Shown here piece after piece: positions 18,695 through 27,571 of a DNA stretch of 64,000 nucleotides. Origin of the DNA: an uncultured Gammaproteobacteria bacterium (GTDB lineage: Bacteria; Patescibacteriota; Microgenomatia; Levybacterales; UBA12049). Under the pieces are notes generated by a model. It saw nothing but the letters and a program-made list of their open reading frames with translations, did not search any database and had not been told where the DNA came from. Both the position numbers and the translations under genes were made by a program. The stretch is from positions 206,146 to 270,145 of the forward strand of contig CAZFRF010000001.1 in assembly GCA_964521295.1 (NCBI GenBank), in the 5' to 3' direction. Position 1 is the first letter of the stretch, and each line of letters starts with the position of its first letter.

Positions 18695-19114
18695 ATGGAA
18701 TTAAATTATTTAGGAATTATTGTAGCTACAGTTGCTCAATTTGTTTTTGGTTGGATTTGGTATGGACCAATTTTTGGGAAAATTTGGGGTCAAATTCATG
18801 GTTTCGATAAACTCTCTAAAGAAGTTCAACAGCAAATGATGAAGGAAATGGCTCCCTTTTATGGACTTCAGCTATTGGTAACAGTTATTACAACCACTGC
18901 CTTGTCAGTGATGCTTACAAGTCTTCCCAGTTGGAATACATATATTCTTGCTGGAGTCTTATGGTTAGGATTTGTATTACCAACTCAAGTAAGTGCAGTA
19001 GTTTTTGGTGGGACAGATAAAAAATGGATGTTTCCTAAAATTGCTATTCAATCAGGAGCAGCTTTAGCTTGTATAATGATCGCCTCTTTGGTTTTAAATC
19101 TCCTTAAATTCTAA
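18695..19114 (+). CDS. DUF1761-family membrane protein
   Basis: 139 aa. N-terminal IVATVAQFVFGWIWYGPIFGKIWGQ matches the DUF1761 pattern. Four TM helices. Confidence 0.5.
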   Translation: MELNYLGIIVATVAQFVFGWIWYGPIFGKIWGQIHGFDKLSKEVQQQMMKEMAPFYGLQLLVTVITTTALSVMLTSLPSWNTYILAGVLWLGFVLPTQVSAVVFGGTDKKWMFPKIAIQSGAALACIMIASLVLNLLKF

Positions 19115-19157
19115 TTTTTTTACTCTTTTTGTAGAAATAATGTAAAATACCAATATT

Positions 19158-19364
19158 GTGATAAGCAAGATTTATAATAATGTACAAAATTATCGTACAA
19201 AAAGTAAGATTACTCAGGAAGAGCTTGCAAAAGCAGTTGATGTAACAAGGCAAACAATTATAGCAATTGAAAAAGGAAACTATACCCCATCAGTATTGCT
19301 TGCTTTAAAAATTGCAAAATATTTCAACACAACAGTTGATAAATTGTTTACAATAGAAGGATAA
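19158..19364 (+). CDS. XRE-family HTH transcriptional regulator
   Basis: 68 aa. HTH_XRE core [47 protein letters not shown]. Confidence 0.8.
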   Translation: MISKIYNNVQNYRTKSKITQEELAKAVDVTRQTIIAIEKGNYTPSVLLALKIAKYFNTTVDKLFTIEG

Positions 19365-19366
19365 AT

Positions 19367-19720
19367 ATGATAATCGAAACTATAAGTGCATTAGTAATAA
19401 TAGGAATTGCAATAATTTTTTTAAATCCTGGCCATTTAACAATGCCAGACACTATGGTATCAATGCTAATTATCGGAATAATAATTGCATTTTTAACATT
19501 TGCAGCCTTTCTTTTTCGCGAAAGATCATCGGATGAAAGAGAGTCAGTGCATATTCTTACTGCAGGTAGAATTTCGTATCTAGTAGGCGTTGGAACTTTA
19601 ATTACCGGTATTATTCTTCAAGCCTTAAAGCATGAAATTGATCCTTGGCTTGTAATAGTATTGTGTTCGATGATAGTTGCCAAATTAACTTCGAGAATTT
19701 ACTCCCAGATTAAAATGTAA
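19367..19720 (+). CDS. Small membrane protein partner of the XRE regulator (DUF2975-like arrangement)
   Basis: 117 aa with three or four TM helices. Starts 3 nt after the regulator stop, which is the typical two-gene module layout. Confidence 0.5.
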   Translation: MIIETISALVIIGIAIIFLNPGHLTMPDTMVSMLIIGIIIAFLTFAAFLFRERSSDERESVHILTAGRISYLVGVGTLITGIILQALKHEIDPWLVIVLCSMIVAKLTSRIYSQIKM

Positions 19721-19764
19721 AGTCTACTTGACATTTGTTTTTCAATCAATTACCCTATTTATAA

Positions 19765-20298
19765 GTGATGAAAAACTCAAAAATAATTATACCTTTCTTT
19801 CTAATATTAGTCGTGCTTGCTGTAGGTGCGTATATGCTTTTGCAAAACAATATTGTTTCAGAAAGTATGGTTAAATCAGACGAAATGTCTGCAGATAAAG
19901 ATTTAATGAGTAATTCTAAAAAAGATGAAGCAATGATGAAGGATGAGTCAGAAAAAATGGACAGCGCAATGCAAGAGTCGCGCTATGTTGAATATGATCA
20001 GGCAGCTTTAGCTAATAATGAAAATAAACGTAGAGTCCTTTTTTTCTATGCAAACTGGTGTCCAACTTGCCGCCCAGCAGATGCAAACTTTAAAACAAAT
20101 ATAGATAAAATCCCAGACGATGCAATCTTAATTCGTGTTAATTATAAAGATAGTGAGACAGATCAGCAGGAAAAAGACTTAGCTGAGCTGTATGGCATTA
20201 CCTATCAACATACTTTTGTTCAGATAGATGAACAGGGAAAAGAAATTGCAAAATGGAATGGTGGACAAATAGTTGAGTTCTTAGCGAATATAAAATAA
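19765..20298 (+). CDS. Secreted thioredoxin-like protein
   Basis: N-terminal signal/anchor. Thioredoxin active site FFYANWCPTCRP (CxxC). Confidence 0.75.
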   Translation: MMKNSKIIIPFFLILVVLAVGAYMLLQNNIVSESMVKSDEMSADKDLMSNSKKDEAMMKDESEKMDSAMQESRYVEYDQAALANNENKRRVLFFYANWCPTCRPADANFKTNIDKIPDDAILIRVNYKDSETDQQEKDLAELYGITYQHTFVQIDEQGKEIAKWNGGQIVEFLANIK

Positions 20299-20317
20299 TT
20301 TACATTAAGTTTTATTA

Positions 20318-22045
20318 ATGATATTTCTTTTATTTTTTTCATTTATCGCAGGAGTGGTTACGGTCTTATCCCCTTGTATTCTACCGATACTTCCCATAAT
20401 TTTAACTTCAAGTATTGGTGGGATAAATAAAGGGAAAGCAAGGCCATTAGGCGTCGTAAGTGGATTCGTATTAAGTTTTACCTTCTTTACTCTTTTTCTG
20501 TCTACAATTGTAAAATTAATTGGTATCCCTGCTGATTCATTGAGGCTTTTTTCAATAATAGTTATAGCTGGATTTGGTTTCTCTCTTCTTGTGCCAAAAT
20601 TCCAAGAAATTATAGAAAAAATGTTTTCAAAACTAGCTTCTTTTATGCCTGTTAGTCAAAATAGACAGGGTTTTAGCGGAGGTTTAATTATTGGTTTATC
20701 AGTTGGACTCTTGTGGACTCCTTGCGTAGGTCCAATTTTAGCTTCAGTAATTACTTTGGCGATAACAGGAAGCGTAACTTTTGAGTCATTCTTAATTACA
20801 CTTGCTTATTCTTTTGGTACTGCTATTCCGATGTTTTTAATAATTTTGGGTGGGCAAAACACTTTTAAACGAATCCCTTGGTTACTTAATAATTTAGTCC
20901 ATATCCAAAAAGTATTTGGAATTATTATGATTTTAACTTCGATTGCAATATTTTTTAATATTGATCGCAAATTTCAAACTTTCGTTTTAGATACTTTTCC
21001 TCAATATGGAACGGGTTTAACTAAATTTGAAGAAAATGATCTTGTAAAAAAATCTCTGGATTATAAAATCGTAAATGAAGTTAAAAAAGAAGATATGGGT
21101 AAGCCAATGTTTGACTTGCTTAATCCAAAAGACATACTTGCTCCAGACATAATTGCCGGTGGAGATTGGTTTAACAGTGAGCCACTAAGCTTAGCGAAAT
21201 TAAAAGGGAAAGTAGTCTTAATTGATTTTTGGACATATTCATGTATTAATTGTCAGAGAACATTACCCTATTTACGTACTTGGTATGACAAATATAAAGA
21301 TAAAGGTCTAGTAATAATAGGCGTACATTCCCCTGAATTTGAATTTGAAAAAAATAAAGATAATGTTTCTACTGCAATTAAAGATTTTGGCTTAACTTAT
21401 CCAATTGTTCAGGACAATGACTTTGCTACATGGAAAGCATACAGCAATAGATATTGGCCTGCAAAATATTTTATCGATAAAGAAGGATATGTTCGTTATG
21501 CCCATTTTGGAGAAGGTGCATACGATGAATCAGAGAAAGTTATACAAGAATTGTTAAAAGAAGCTGGCTCAACTGACTTAAGCGAGAAGATAAGTAACCC
21601 AGCCTATCAAGTACAGACAAATACTCCGGAGATATATTTAGGCTACAACCGTATAGATCATTTTGCTTCTTTGGAAGCAATTAAAAAAGATGAGCTAGGA
21701 CAATATTCTGCTCCCGAGGATTTGGGATATAACGAGATGGCTTACGAAGGACAATGGAACGTCATGAGTGAATACGCAAATCCTCAAAAAGGGGCCAAGC
21801 TTTATTTAAATTTTGATTCCAAAGAATTATTTTTGGTTATGCGCACCAAAGGCTTACCAGCAAAAGTTAGAATATATGTAGATAATAAGATGCAGTTTTT
21901 CGGCGATGACGTAGCTAATGGAATGATTACAATTAATGAGGATAAGCTATATAAATTGATTAAATTGCCAACTGCTGGACAACATAATCTCCGCTTAGAG
22001 TTTGATGACAGTAATGCTGAACTCTATGCATTTACCTCAGGGTAA
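20318..22045 (+). CDS. CcdA/DsbD-like transmembrane electron transporter fused to a thioredoxin-like (redoxin) domain
   Basis: N-terminal CcdA/DsbD_2 TM core with the two conserved Cys (VLSPCILPILP... and LLWTPCVGPILAS). The periplasmic domain has a CxxC redoxin motif, IDFWTYSCINCQRTLPYL...GVHSPEFEFEK, plus a roughly 180-aa C-terminal domain. Confidence 0.8.
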   Translation: MIFLLFFSFIAGVVTVLSPCILPILPIILTSSIGGINKGKARPLGVVSGFVLSFTFFTLFLSTIVKLIGIPADSLRLFSIIVIAGFGFSLLVPKFQEIIEKMFSKLASFMPVSQNRQGFSGGLIIGLSVGLLWTPCVGPILASVITLAITGSVTFESFLITLAYSFGTAIPMFLIILGGQNTFKRIPWLLNNLVHIQKVFGIIMILTSIAIFFNIDRKFQTFVLDTFPQYGTGLTKFEENDLVKKSLDYKIVNEVKKEDMGKPMFDLLNPKDILAPDIIAGGDWFNSEPLSLAKLKGKVVLIDFWTYSCINCQRTLPYLRTWYDKYKDKGLVIIGVHSPEFEFEKNKDNVSTAIKDFGLTYPIVQDNDFATWKAYSNRYWPAKYFIDKEGYVRYAHFGEGAYDESEKVIQELLKEAGSTDLSEKISNPAYQVQTNTPEIYLGYNRIDHFASLEAIKKDELGQYSAPEDLGYNEMAYEGQWNVMSEYANPQKGAKLYLNFDSKELFLVMRTKGLPAKVRIYVDNKMQFFGDDVANGMITINEDKLYKLIKLPTAGQHNLRLEFDDSNAELYAFTSG

Positions 22046-22051
22046 ATTAAT

Positions 22052-23383
22052 TTAAGACAATTTGAATTTAAATTTATTAAATAAATTATATTTTAAATTG
22101 ATAAACATTTTTAAATAAAAAACTAAAAATATAATAATCGTTGCTGCGCTCACGAAATAAGAAAAATTAACGCTTAATACAAGGTCTTCAAATTGTTGAA
22201 AAAGAAATAGTTCGTATTCTGAAATTACATAAAGGTTAATAAAGTGTAAAAAGCTTAAGAAAAGATACAAGGCCCAATATTTGTTCTTTAACGCTACCCA
22301 GGTAATCATTAATGGAAAAATTGGATACAAATATCTTTCGTGCATTTTAGGCAAAAATAAGAATCCTGCAAAAAGTACCATAAAAGATATAAAAAATAGC
22401 ATTTCAGTATTTGGTTTTTTTGACTTAATAATTTTTATTATTTGTAAAATCATAGGTATACAAATAACAGCAAACAAACCGTATGCCCACCAGAGAATAT
22501 TGATATTTAAGAAAGATTTAATAAATAACTGCGTAGTTGCTAGTCTTAAGGGGTTAAGTAGTAGCCACCAAAAATTATATGCATTTACCGTGATCGTTTG
22601 TTCTATGCCATTGGCTATATAGATAAAAGAATTAAATGCTGAGAAAGGATTTTGCCAGAAAGGAAAAGAAAGAGTCGTAAATAAAATTATATTTAAGACA
22701 AAAGGTTTAATAAATAACTTAGGTTTAATAAAGTTACCAAAAATCATAAAAAGAAGATAAAATGGCATAACAGGAAAAAGAGAAAATTTAGTAAATATTG
22801 ATAAGAATAAGAAGAATACAGTTAAAAAGCTGCGTTTTTTAATAAGAAAAACAATTGATAAGTAGAAAAATAAATTATTAATAGAATCCATTTGTCCCCA
22901 AACTGAACTGTTATAAATAATTGGAGGACCTAATAAATATAGAGCGCTTGCAAGTAAGGATTTTTTCTCGCCAATATAGCCTCGTAAAAATAAATATATA
23001 AATAGTCCTAAAATTAAATCAGCAATAATTGAAGGAAATCTTATAAAAAATACTAGTAAAATATCATTAATCCAATGTGCTTTTCCAGGATCTAAATGTA
23101 GAAAATGAACTAATGTCTTGGCGGTTAACAAAAAGACTTCATATGTTCCCCTTAATACATAAATAGTTCCTGGGGGTTGATCAACATCCCTCATTCCACC
23201 CGGAGATTTTACTGTATAAACCTTATCTATCCCGTAGGAATAACTTTTGTATACCCACTCTTTATAGATGTAAAAATCTACGTGTGGATATCGATGCATT
23301 ACTTGCGTGAAGAAAAAAAGTCTTAGTATAAAAGAAAAAAATATAAGCAGGATTATAAATTTGAAGCTCAACAATTTACTCAC
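22052..23383 (-). CDS. Polytopic membrane protein, putative GT-C-type glycosyltransferase (PMT/ArnT-like)
   Basis: About 12 TM helices with a first extracytoplasmic loop containing an acidic DVDQPPG motif, as in GT39/GT83-type enzymes. Weak assignment. Confidence 0.45.
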   Translation of the reverse strand: MSKLLSFKFIILLIFFSFILRLFFFTQVMHRYPHVDFYIYKEWVYKSYSYGIDKVYTVKSPGGMRDVDQPPGTIYVLRGTYEVFLLTAKTLVHFLHLDPGKAHWINDILLVFFIRFPSIIADLILGLFIYLFLRGYIGEKKSLLASALYLLGPPIIYNSSVWGQMDSINNLFFYLSIVFLIKKRSFLTVFFLFLSIFTKFSLFPVMPFYLLFMIFGNFIKPKLFIKPFVLNIILFTTLSFPFWQNPFSAFNSFIYIANGIEQTITVNAYNFWWLLLNPLRLATTQLFIKSFLNINILWWAYGLFAVICIPMILQIIKIIKSKKPNTEMLFFISFMVLFAGFLFLPKMHERYLYPIFPLMITWVALKNKYWALYLFLSFLHFINLYVISEYELFLFQQFEDLVLSVNFSYFVSAATIIIFLVFYLKMFINLKYNLFNKFKFKLS

Positions 23384-23444
23384 TAAATGTATTATTAAAG
23401 TAAATTAACTGAAATTACAAGAAATAAAAAGAGGAAATCTATAG

Positions 23445-23516
23445 TGAGCCGACCGAGATTCGAACTCGGGACCAAGAGCTTAAAAGGCTCCTGCTCTACC
23501 GCTGAGCTATCGGCCC
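23445..23516 (-). tRNA. tRNA-Lys (anticodon TTT)
   Basis: Reverse complement GGGCCGA-TA-GCTCAGCGGTAGAGC-A-GGAGC-CTTTTAA-GCTCT-TGGTC-CCGAGTTCGAATCTCGG-TCGGCTC-A. Anticodon loop CT-TTT-AA. Coordinates +/-2 nt. Confidence 0.85.
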
Positions 23517-23612
23517 ACGTAATTAGCATCATTAATTATACCAATAGCCTTGAGTATTGACAAGCAAATACTAAAAACTATATAACTTACATAAATTGAA
23601 AGGAGGTGAATT

Positions 23613-24272
23613 ATGACAGATATTGGCAGTACAATAGTTACTTCTTTTAACAATGCTTTCTACGCTACTGTAAACTTTATACCAAGATTTTTAACTGGTG
23701 CAATAATTTTAGTAATTGGTTTAATAGTTGGATCACTAGTAAAACAAGCAATTGTTACAGGGTCGAAAACCTTAAAAGTTGAAAGCTATTTAAAAAAATA
23801 TGGAGTTCCAGAATTACAAAGTGAATTTTCTTGGACAAATATCTTAGCTGAAATCGCTAGATGGTTTATTATCGTAGTGTTTTTAGTTCCTACAGCAGAT
23901 GTTTGGGGACTTCCACAAATAATTACAATTTTAAATCAAGTTTTGTTCTATATTCCTAATGTCTTTATAGCAGCTGTAATTGCTTTGGTTGGATTTGTTT
24001 TTGCCAGAATTGCACATGATGTAGTACTTGCATCAGTAAAAGGTGTTGATTCTCAAACAGCCAATACTTTAGCTCAAGTTGTTAGATGGGCAATTGCAAT
24101 TTTTGTAATTCTAGCTGTACTAAATCAATTAGGAGTTGCTTCTGATTTAATCAGAATACTCTTTACTGGTTTCGTAGCAATGATTGCTTTAGCTGGAGGA
24201 ATTGCATTTGGATTCGGTGGACAAGGAGTAGCAAAAGACATATTAGAAGGTATAAGGAAAAAATTGAAATAG
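23613..24272 (+). CDS. Membrane protein (internally duplicated, function unknown)
   Basis: 219 aa with two similar halves, each having TM helices. No catalytic motif recognised. Confidence 0.5.
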   Translation: MTDIGSTIVTSFNNAFYATVNFIPRFLTGAIILVIGLIVGSLVKQAIVTGSKTLKVESYLKKYGVPELQSEFSWTNILAEIARWFIIVVFLVPTADVWGLPQIITILNQVLFYIPNVFIAAVIALVGFVFARIAHDVVLASVKGVDSQTANTLAQVVRWAIAIFVILAVLNQLGVASDLIRILFTGFVAMIALAGGIAFGFGGQGVAKDILEGIRKKLK

Positions 24273-24304
24273 AATTTGCCTTTGTGCCTACTTTTACGGT
24301 ATAA

Positions 24305-25852
24305 TTATGTTATGCCGCCATCGTCTAGTGGCCTAGGACACCTGGTTTTCAGCCAGGGAATCAGGGGTTCGACTCCCCTTGGCGGTACTAAAGTTGTTTT
24401 TTCTACGTTGGCATTAGCGATTAGCTTGAAAGGAAGGCCTAACTCCTCGGTTCCAATATCATCATCTTTATAATAAATACCTTTTGGAAACAAAAGCTGT
24501 TGGAATCTTAACTTTTGATCAAAGGGTGCATCTAGCCATATTGTAGATACCTTCTTAAATAACTCTTCAGAAAGACTCATTAAATAGTCTATGTCTGCGT
24601 CAATGTTCTTAATTTCGTCTCTTTCCACTTCGTTGGTGACAATATTAGCTTTGACGATTTCCATTTGTTCTTTAAAATCATCATCTGAGATTATTCCTTT
24701 TAAATTCTTTTCAAGCAACATTTGCCTTCGAATGTTAAGATTATGTAGGCCTTTATCTATTCTTGCTTTATCTACAAGTACTGACTGTTGTTTCATTTTC
24801 CAAACATCTGTCAATATTTCCTTAAAAAGTTTAATAAATGCTTCATTAGGTTGTATTTGCTTTAATAAATAAATAAAAGATTCTTCTAGGCGTTCTTTTC
24901 TTACTCGTGTTTCTCCGCAAATGCAATGGTAATAAGCGTATTTGTTTGATCGTCCCGTAGACTTGCTTCCTGTTAAATTCTTACCACATGAAAGACACTT
25001 TGCAATTCCTCTTAATGGAAACTCAGGATTGTTAACTATCCTTGGAACTGCTGACACCGATCTTCCCTCACGTACCATCTGAGCCCTCTGAAATAAGTTA
25101 GGTGAGATTATTTTCTCATGTAAGCCTTCTTGCTCATCCCAGTCTTTTACCTTGATTATGCCCATATAAAGCTTGTTCTCTAAAATTTTGGTAACTGTTT
25201 GAGGAGACAATTTATTGTCTTTCTTGGTTCTTACGCCCCATTTATTAAATCTGTCAGTAATTTGTTTTATTGAATAGTTGCCCGAAGCATAAAGCTCAAA
25301 AGCTTGACGAACAAATGTAGCATTTTTTTCATCTATCACCATTCCAGTTGGAGTATTTCTATATCCTAATGGAGGAGCCCATGCCCATAGACCTTGTCTT
25401 ACGCGTTCCTTAAGACCTTCCCGCGTTCTGTCTGCTCGAACATCATTATCGAATTGAGCAACTGCAGCAAACATATTTTCTAAGAATTTTCCAGTCGAAC
25501 TTTCATCAATATTTTCATTCACTGATCTTAGAACAACACCGCATCTTGATAATGCAGCTCTAATGTAATGATGATCGTCCGCTTGCCTTGCAAACCTATC
25601 TATTTTGTGGACTAACACAGCATCTACTTTACCTTTGTTCTTTATGCAATATTCAAGCATTTTGCCAAGCTGAGTTCTATCAGCTGATCTAGCTGATTCT
25701 CCTTGTTCTTCAAATATTTGAAGAACATTCCAGCCCTGCTTTTCAGCATACTCGCTACATAGTTTTCTTTGAGAATCGAGACTATAACCCTGAAGCTGTT
25801 CTTTAGAGCTTACTCGGGTATAGACAACAACATTCATAATACTCTTACTCAT
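24305..25852 (-). CDS. Large serine recombinase (resolvase/invertase-type integrase)
   Basis: N-terminal resolvase domain VVVYTRVSSKEQ...GYSLDSQR with conserved Arg/Asp residues, recombinase domain, zinc ribbon CLSCGKNLTGS...YYHCICG and a coiled-coil tail. The last 28 or so codons are the antisense of tRNA-Glu, so the attachment site is embedded at the gene's 3' end. Confidence 0.85.
   Translation of the reverse strand: MSKSIMNVVVYTRVSSKEQLQGYSLDSQRKLCSEYAEKQGWNVLQIFEEQGESARSADRTQLGKMLEYCIKNKGKVDAVLVHKIDRFARQADDHHYIRAALSRCGVVLRSVNENIDESSTGKFLENMFAAVAQFDNDVRADRTREGLKERVRQGLWAWAPPLGYRNTPTGMVIDEKNATFVRQAFELYASGNYSIKQITDRFNKWGVRTKKDNKLSPQTVTKILENKLYMGIIKVKDWDEQEGLHEKIISPNLFQRAQMVREGRSVSAVPRIVNNPEFPLRGIAKCLSCGKNLTGSKSTGRSNKYAYYHCICGETRVRKERLEESFIYLLKQIQPNEAFIKLFKEILTDVWKMKQQSVLVDKARIDKGLHNLNIRRQMLLEKNLKGIISDDDFKEQMEIVKANIVTNEVERDEIKNIDADIDYLMSLSEELFKKVSTIWLDAPFDQKLRFQQLLFPKGIYYKDDDIGTEELGLPFKLIANANVEKTTLVPPRGVEPLIPWLKTRCPRPLDDGGIT
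24314..24387 (+). tRNA. tRNA-Glu (anticodon TTC); integration target
   Basis: GCCGCCA-TC-GTCTAGTGGCCTAGGAC-A-CCTGG-TTTTCAG-CCAGG-GAATC-AGGGGTTCGACTCCCCT-TGGCGGT-A. Anticodon loop TT-TTC-AG. Coordinates +/-2 nt. Confidence 0.85.
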
Positions 25853-26036
25853 AATTATGATTTCTTTTTGAGGCTAAATCAATACCTGTAGTTGTGTCTT
25901 TGGAACCAACGATATCTGAAATAACTCCAGCTAATTTAGTAAAGATATTTATCAATTCCTCAATTTCTCTATCGGTATACTTATCTGAAGATTTACCTAA
26001 TATTTTCCTTGCCTTCTTAACAGAAAATGGCTCCAT
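25845..26036 (-). CDS. Small hypothetical protein upstream of the recombinase (possible directionality factor or regulator)
   Basis: 63-aa ORF overlapping the recombinase start by 8 nt. No recognisable motif. Confidence 0.3.
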   Translation of the reverse strand: MEPFSVKKARKILGKSSDKYTDREIEELINIFTKLAGVISDIVGSKDTTTGIDLASKRNHNYE

Positions 26037-26121
26037 AATATTAGTATGTGGGAATATGTGGCCAAGTGTAAGATTAGGGCACTTTTTGTACTCAATTTAC
26101 AAGACAATTACGCTCAGAGGA

Positions 26122-26331
26122 TTAGATCAGATCTCTTGCTTTAGCTCCTAAAGCTTTTGCAATTTTGTTGAGAGAGTCTATACTTGGTCTACGCTGGCCC
26201 GTCTCTAATAAGCCAATGAAGGTTGTACTTAACCTTACTTTATCAGCTAATTCCTCTTGTGTTAATCCTACTTGCTTTCTCATTCTTTTTAAACGATTAG
26301 CAAAAGCTTTGTCCTTATTGGTTATTGCCAT
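26122..26331 (-). CDS. XRE-family (Cro/CI-type) HTH regulator
   Basis: 69 aa. LKRMRKQVGLTQEELADKVRLSTTFIGLLETGQRRPSIDSLNKIAKAL matches the HTH_XRE core. Divergent from two small cargo genes. Confidence 0.8.
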   Translation of the reverse strand: MAITNKDKAFANRLKRMRKQVGLTQEELADKVRLSTTFIGLLETGQRRPSIDSLNKIAKALGAKARDLI

Positions 26332-26424
26332 ATGCTAAGGCTAGCAAGAATTGGCAAATAAGTTTATTAACTACAAGTACAGATTTCATAGCTAAAACTA
26401 TTGACATTTTACTAACTGACAGTT

Positions 26425-26790
26425 ATGCTCATTCCGATGGAGAAAAATAAAAAAAATTGGTTATCCTCCTTGCTAATAGTAATTTTTGGGCCTTTTGGCA
26501 TGTTCTTTTGGGGTTTACGAGTAGGATTAGCTTCTCTAGTAGGAATTGCTGTCTTTATACTAATAACAACTATTTTAAGCTATGGAGTAGATATCAAATA
26601 TCAACTCCTCATAAGGATTGTTTACTTAATCATTCACGTTAAATTATTAAGAATGGATGATCAAGAGACCGAAAACCTAAGACATATAGGAGTCAAAGAG
26701 TTCTTATACCTGTCAAGCATGATTCTTTTAAACTTCCTTTTTTTTGGATTCCTGGGATTTATTGCTATTTCAATATTGAAGAGGTTCTAG
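26425..26790 (+). CDS. Small membrane protein (island cargo)
   Basis: 121 aa with three TM helices. No motif. Confidence 0.4.
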   Translation: MLIPMEKNKKNWLSSLLIVIFGPFGMFFWGLRVGLASLVGIAVFILITTILSYGVDIKYQLLIRIVYLIIHVKLLRMDDQETENLRHIGVKEFLYLSSMILLNFLFFGFLGFIAISILKRF

Positions 26791-27156
26791 ATGAAAAACA
26801 AAATTATAGCTATTTTTGTTTTGACGATTATTGTATTCGCAATAACAGTGTTTGACATTAATCATACAATATCCAAGTTTGAAGCTGAGCAGCTTGTGAA
26901 GTCCCAATCTGAAGTCGCAAAATTAACAGCAGATACTACAATAAACTGGCATGTTGATGCAATTAATAAAGAAGATTATTGGATAGTTCAGGTTTATCAA
27001 GTTGTTCAGTATAAAGATCATCCGGAAAACAATCATGAGTCTACATTTAATTGGTACAAAGTTGATAAAAAATCTGGTCAAATTACCTGCTCTATGTTCT
27101 TATATGATTCAAAAGGTGTATTAAATAAAAATGGGAAAGTAAATAATTGCTACTAG
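26791..27156 (+). CDS. Small secreted/anchored protein (island cargo)
   Basis: 121 aa with an N-terminal signal/anchor and a Cys pair. ATG overlaps the stop of the previous gene. Confidence 0.4.
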   Translation: MKNKIIAIFVLTIIVFAITVFDINHTISKFEAEQLVKSQSEVAKLTADTTINWHVDAINKEDYWIVQVYQVVQYKDHPENNHESTFNWYKVDKKSGQITCSMFLYDSKGVLNKNGKVNNCY

Positions 27157-27325
27157 ATGTCTTCTTTCTAACGACTAGCTTATCGGTTCAAGACACGATC
27201 AGTAATCTTGAAATGAGACGAAGTTCTGACTTTAAAGCTATTTAAATTTGTAAAAATCCCCTCAAACGTCTATAAACTATAAATCCTGCGGTACTAATCT
27301 TGACTACGAAGGTTTTTAAACTCTA

Positions 27326-27360
27326 GCTATGTAATACATTACATGTATTTAATTACACAG
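27326..27360. repeat. Third, more divergent copy of the TGTAAT/ATTACA palindromic motif (ctatGTAATACATTACATGtatttaattacacag)
   Basis: TGTAAT-AC-ATTACA at 27330-27343, followed by an inverted gtgtaatt half-site. Confidence 0.45.
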
Positions 27361-27475
27361 CTAATAATTTTGCAATTAAATAACTTTACTATCTTATAAT
27401 ATCATACTTTAGCTTCAATTGTAAGAAATCTGCGCCAGTAAATAGCTTCTTCTTTACTTTGTTCAAGATACTGCT

Positions 27476-27520
27476 GGGACTCCCAAGCGTTTTTAATGTG
27501 TAATCATTACATGTTTTGAT
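27476..27520. repeat. Imperfect direct repeat copy A (gggactcccaagcg...ttaatGTGTAATCATTACATGtttt) containing the palindrome TGTAAT-C-ATTACA
   Basis: Compared by eye with copy B at 30913-30960. Both share gactcc, tttta and GTGTAATC[A/G]TTACAT in the same order. The palindrome lies at 27499-27511. Confidence 0.6.
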
Positions 27521-27571
27521 GGTATATATTTATGTCAATACAATCATGAAATGGGATCTATCTGCGTAAGA

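Noticed and set aside
24276-24473. 65-aa + strand ORF
   Set aside because: It is composed largely of the tRNA-Glu sequence and the antisense of the recombinase 3' end, so it is not coding.
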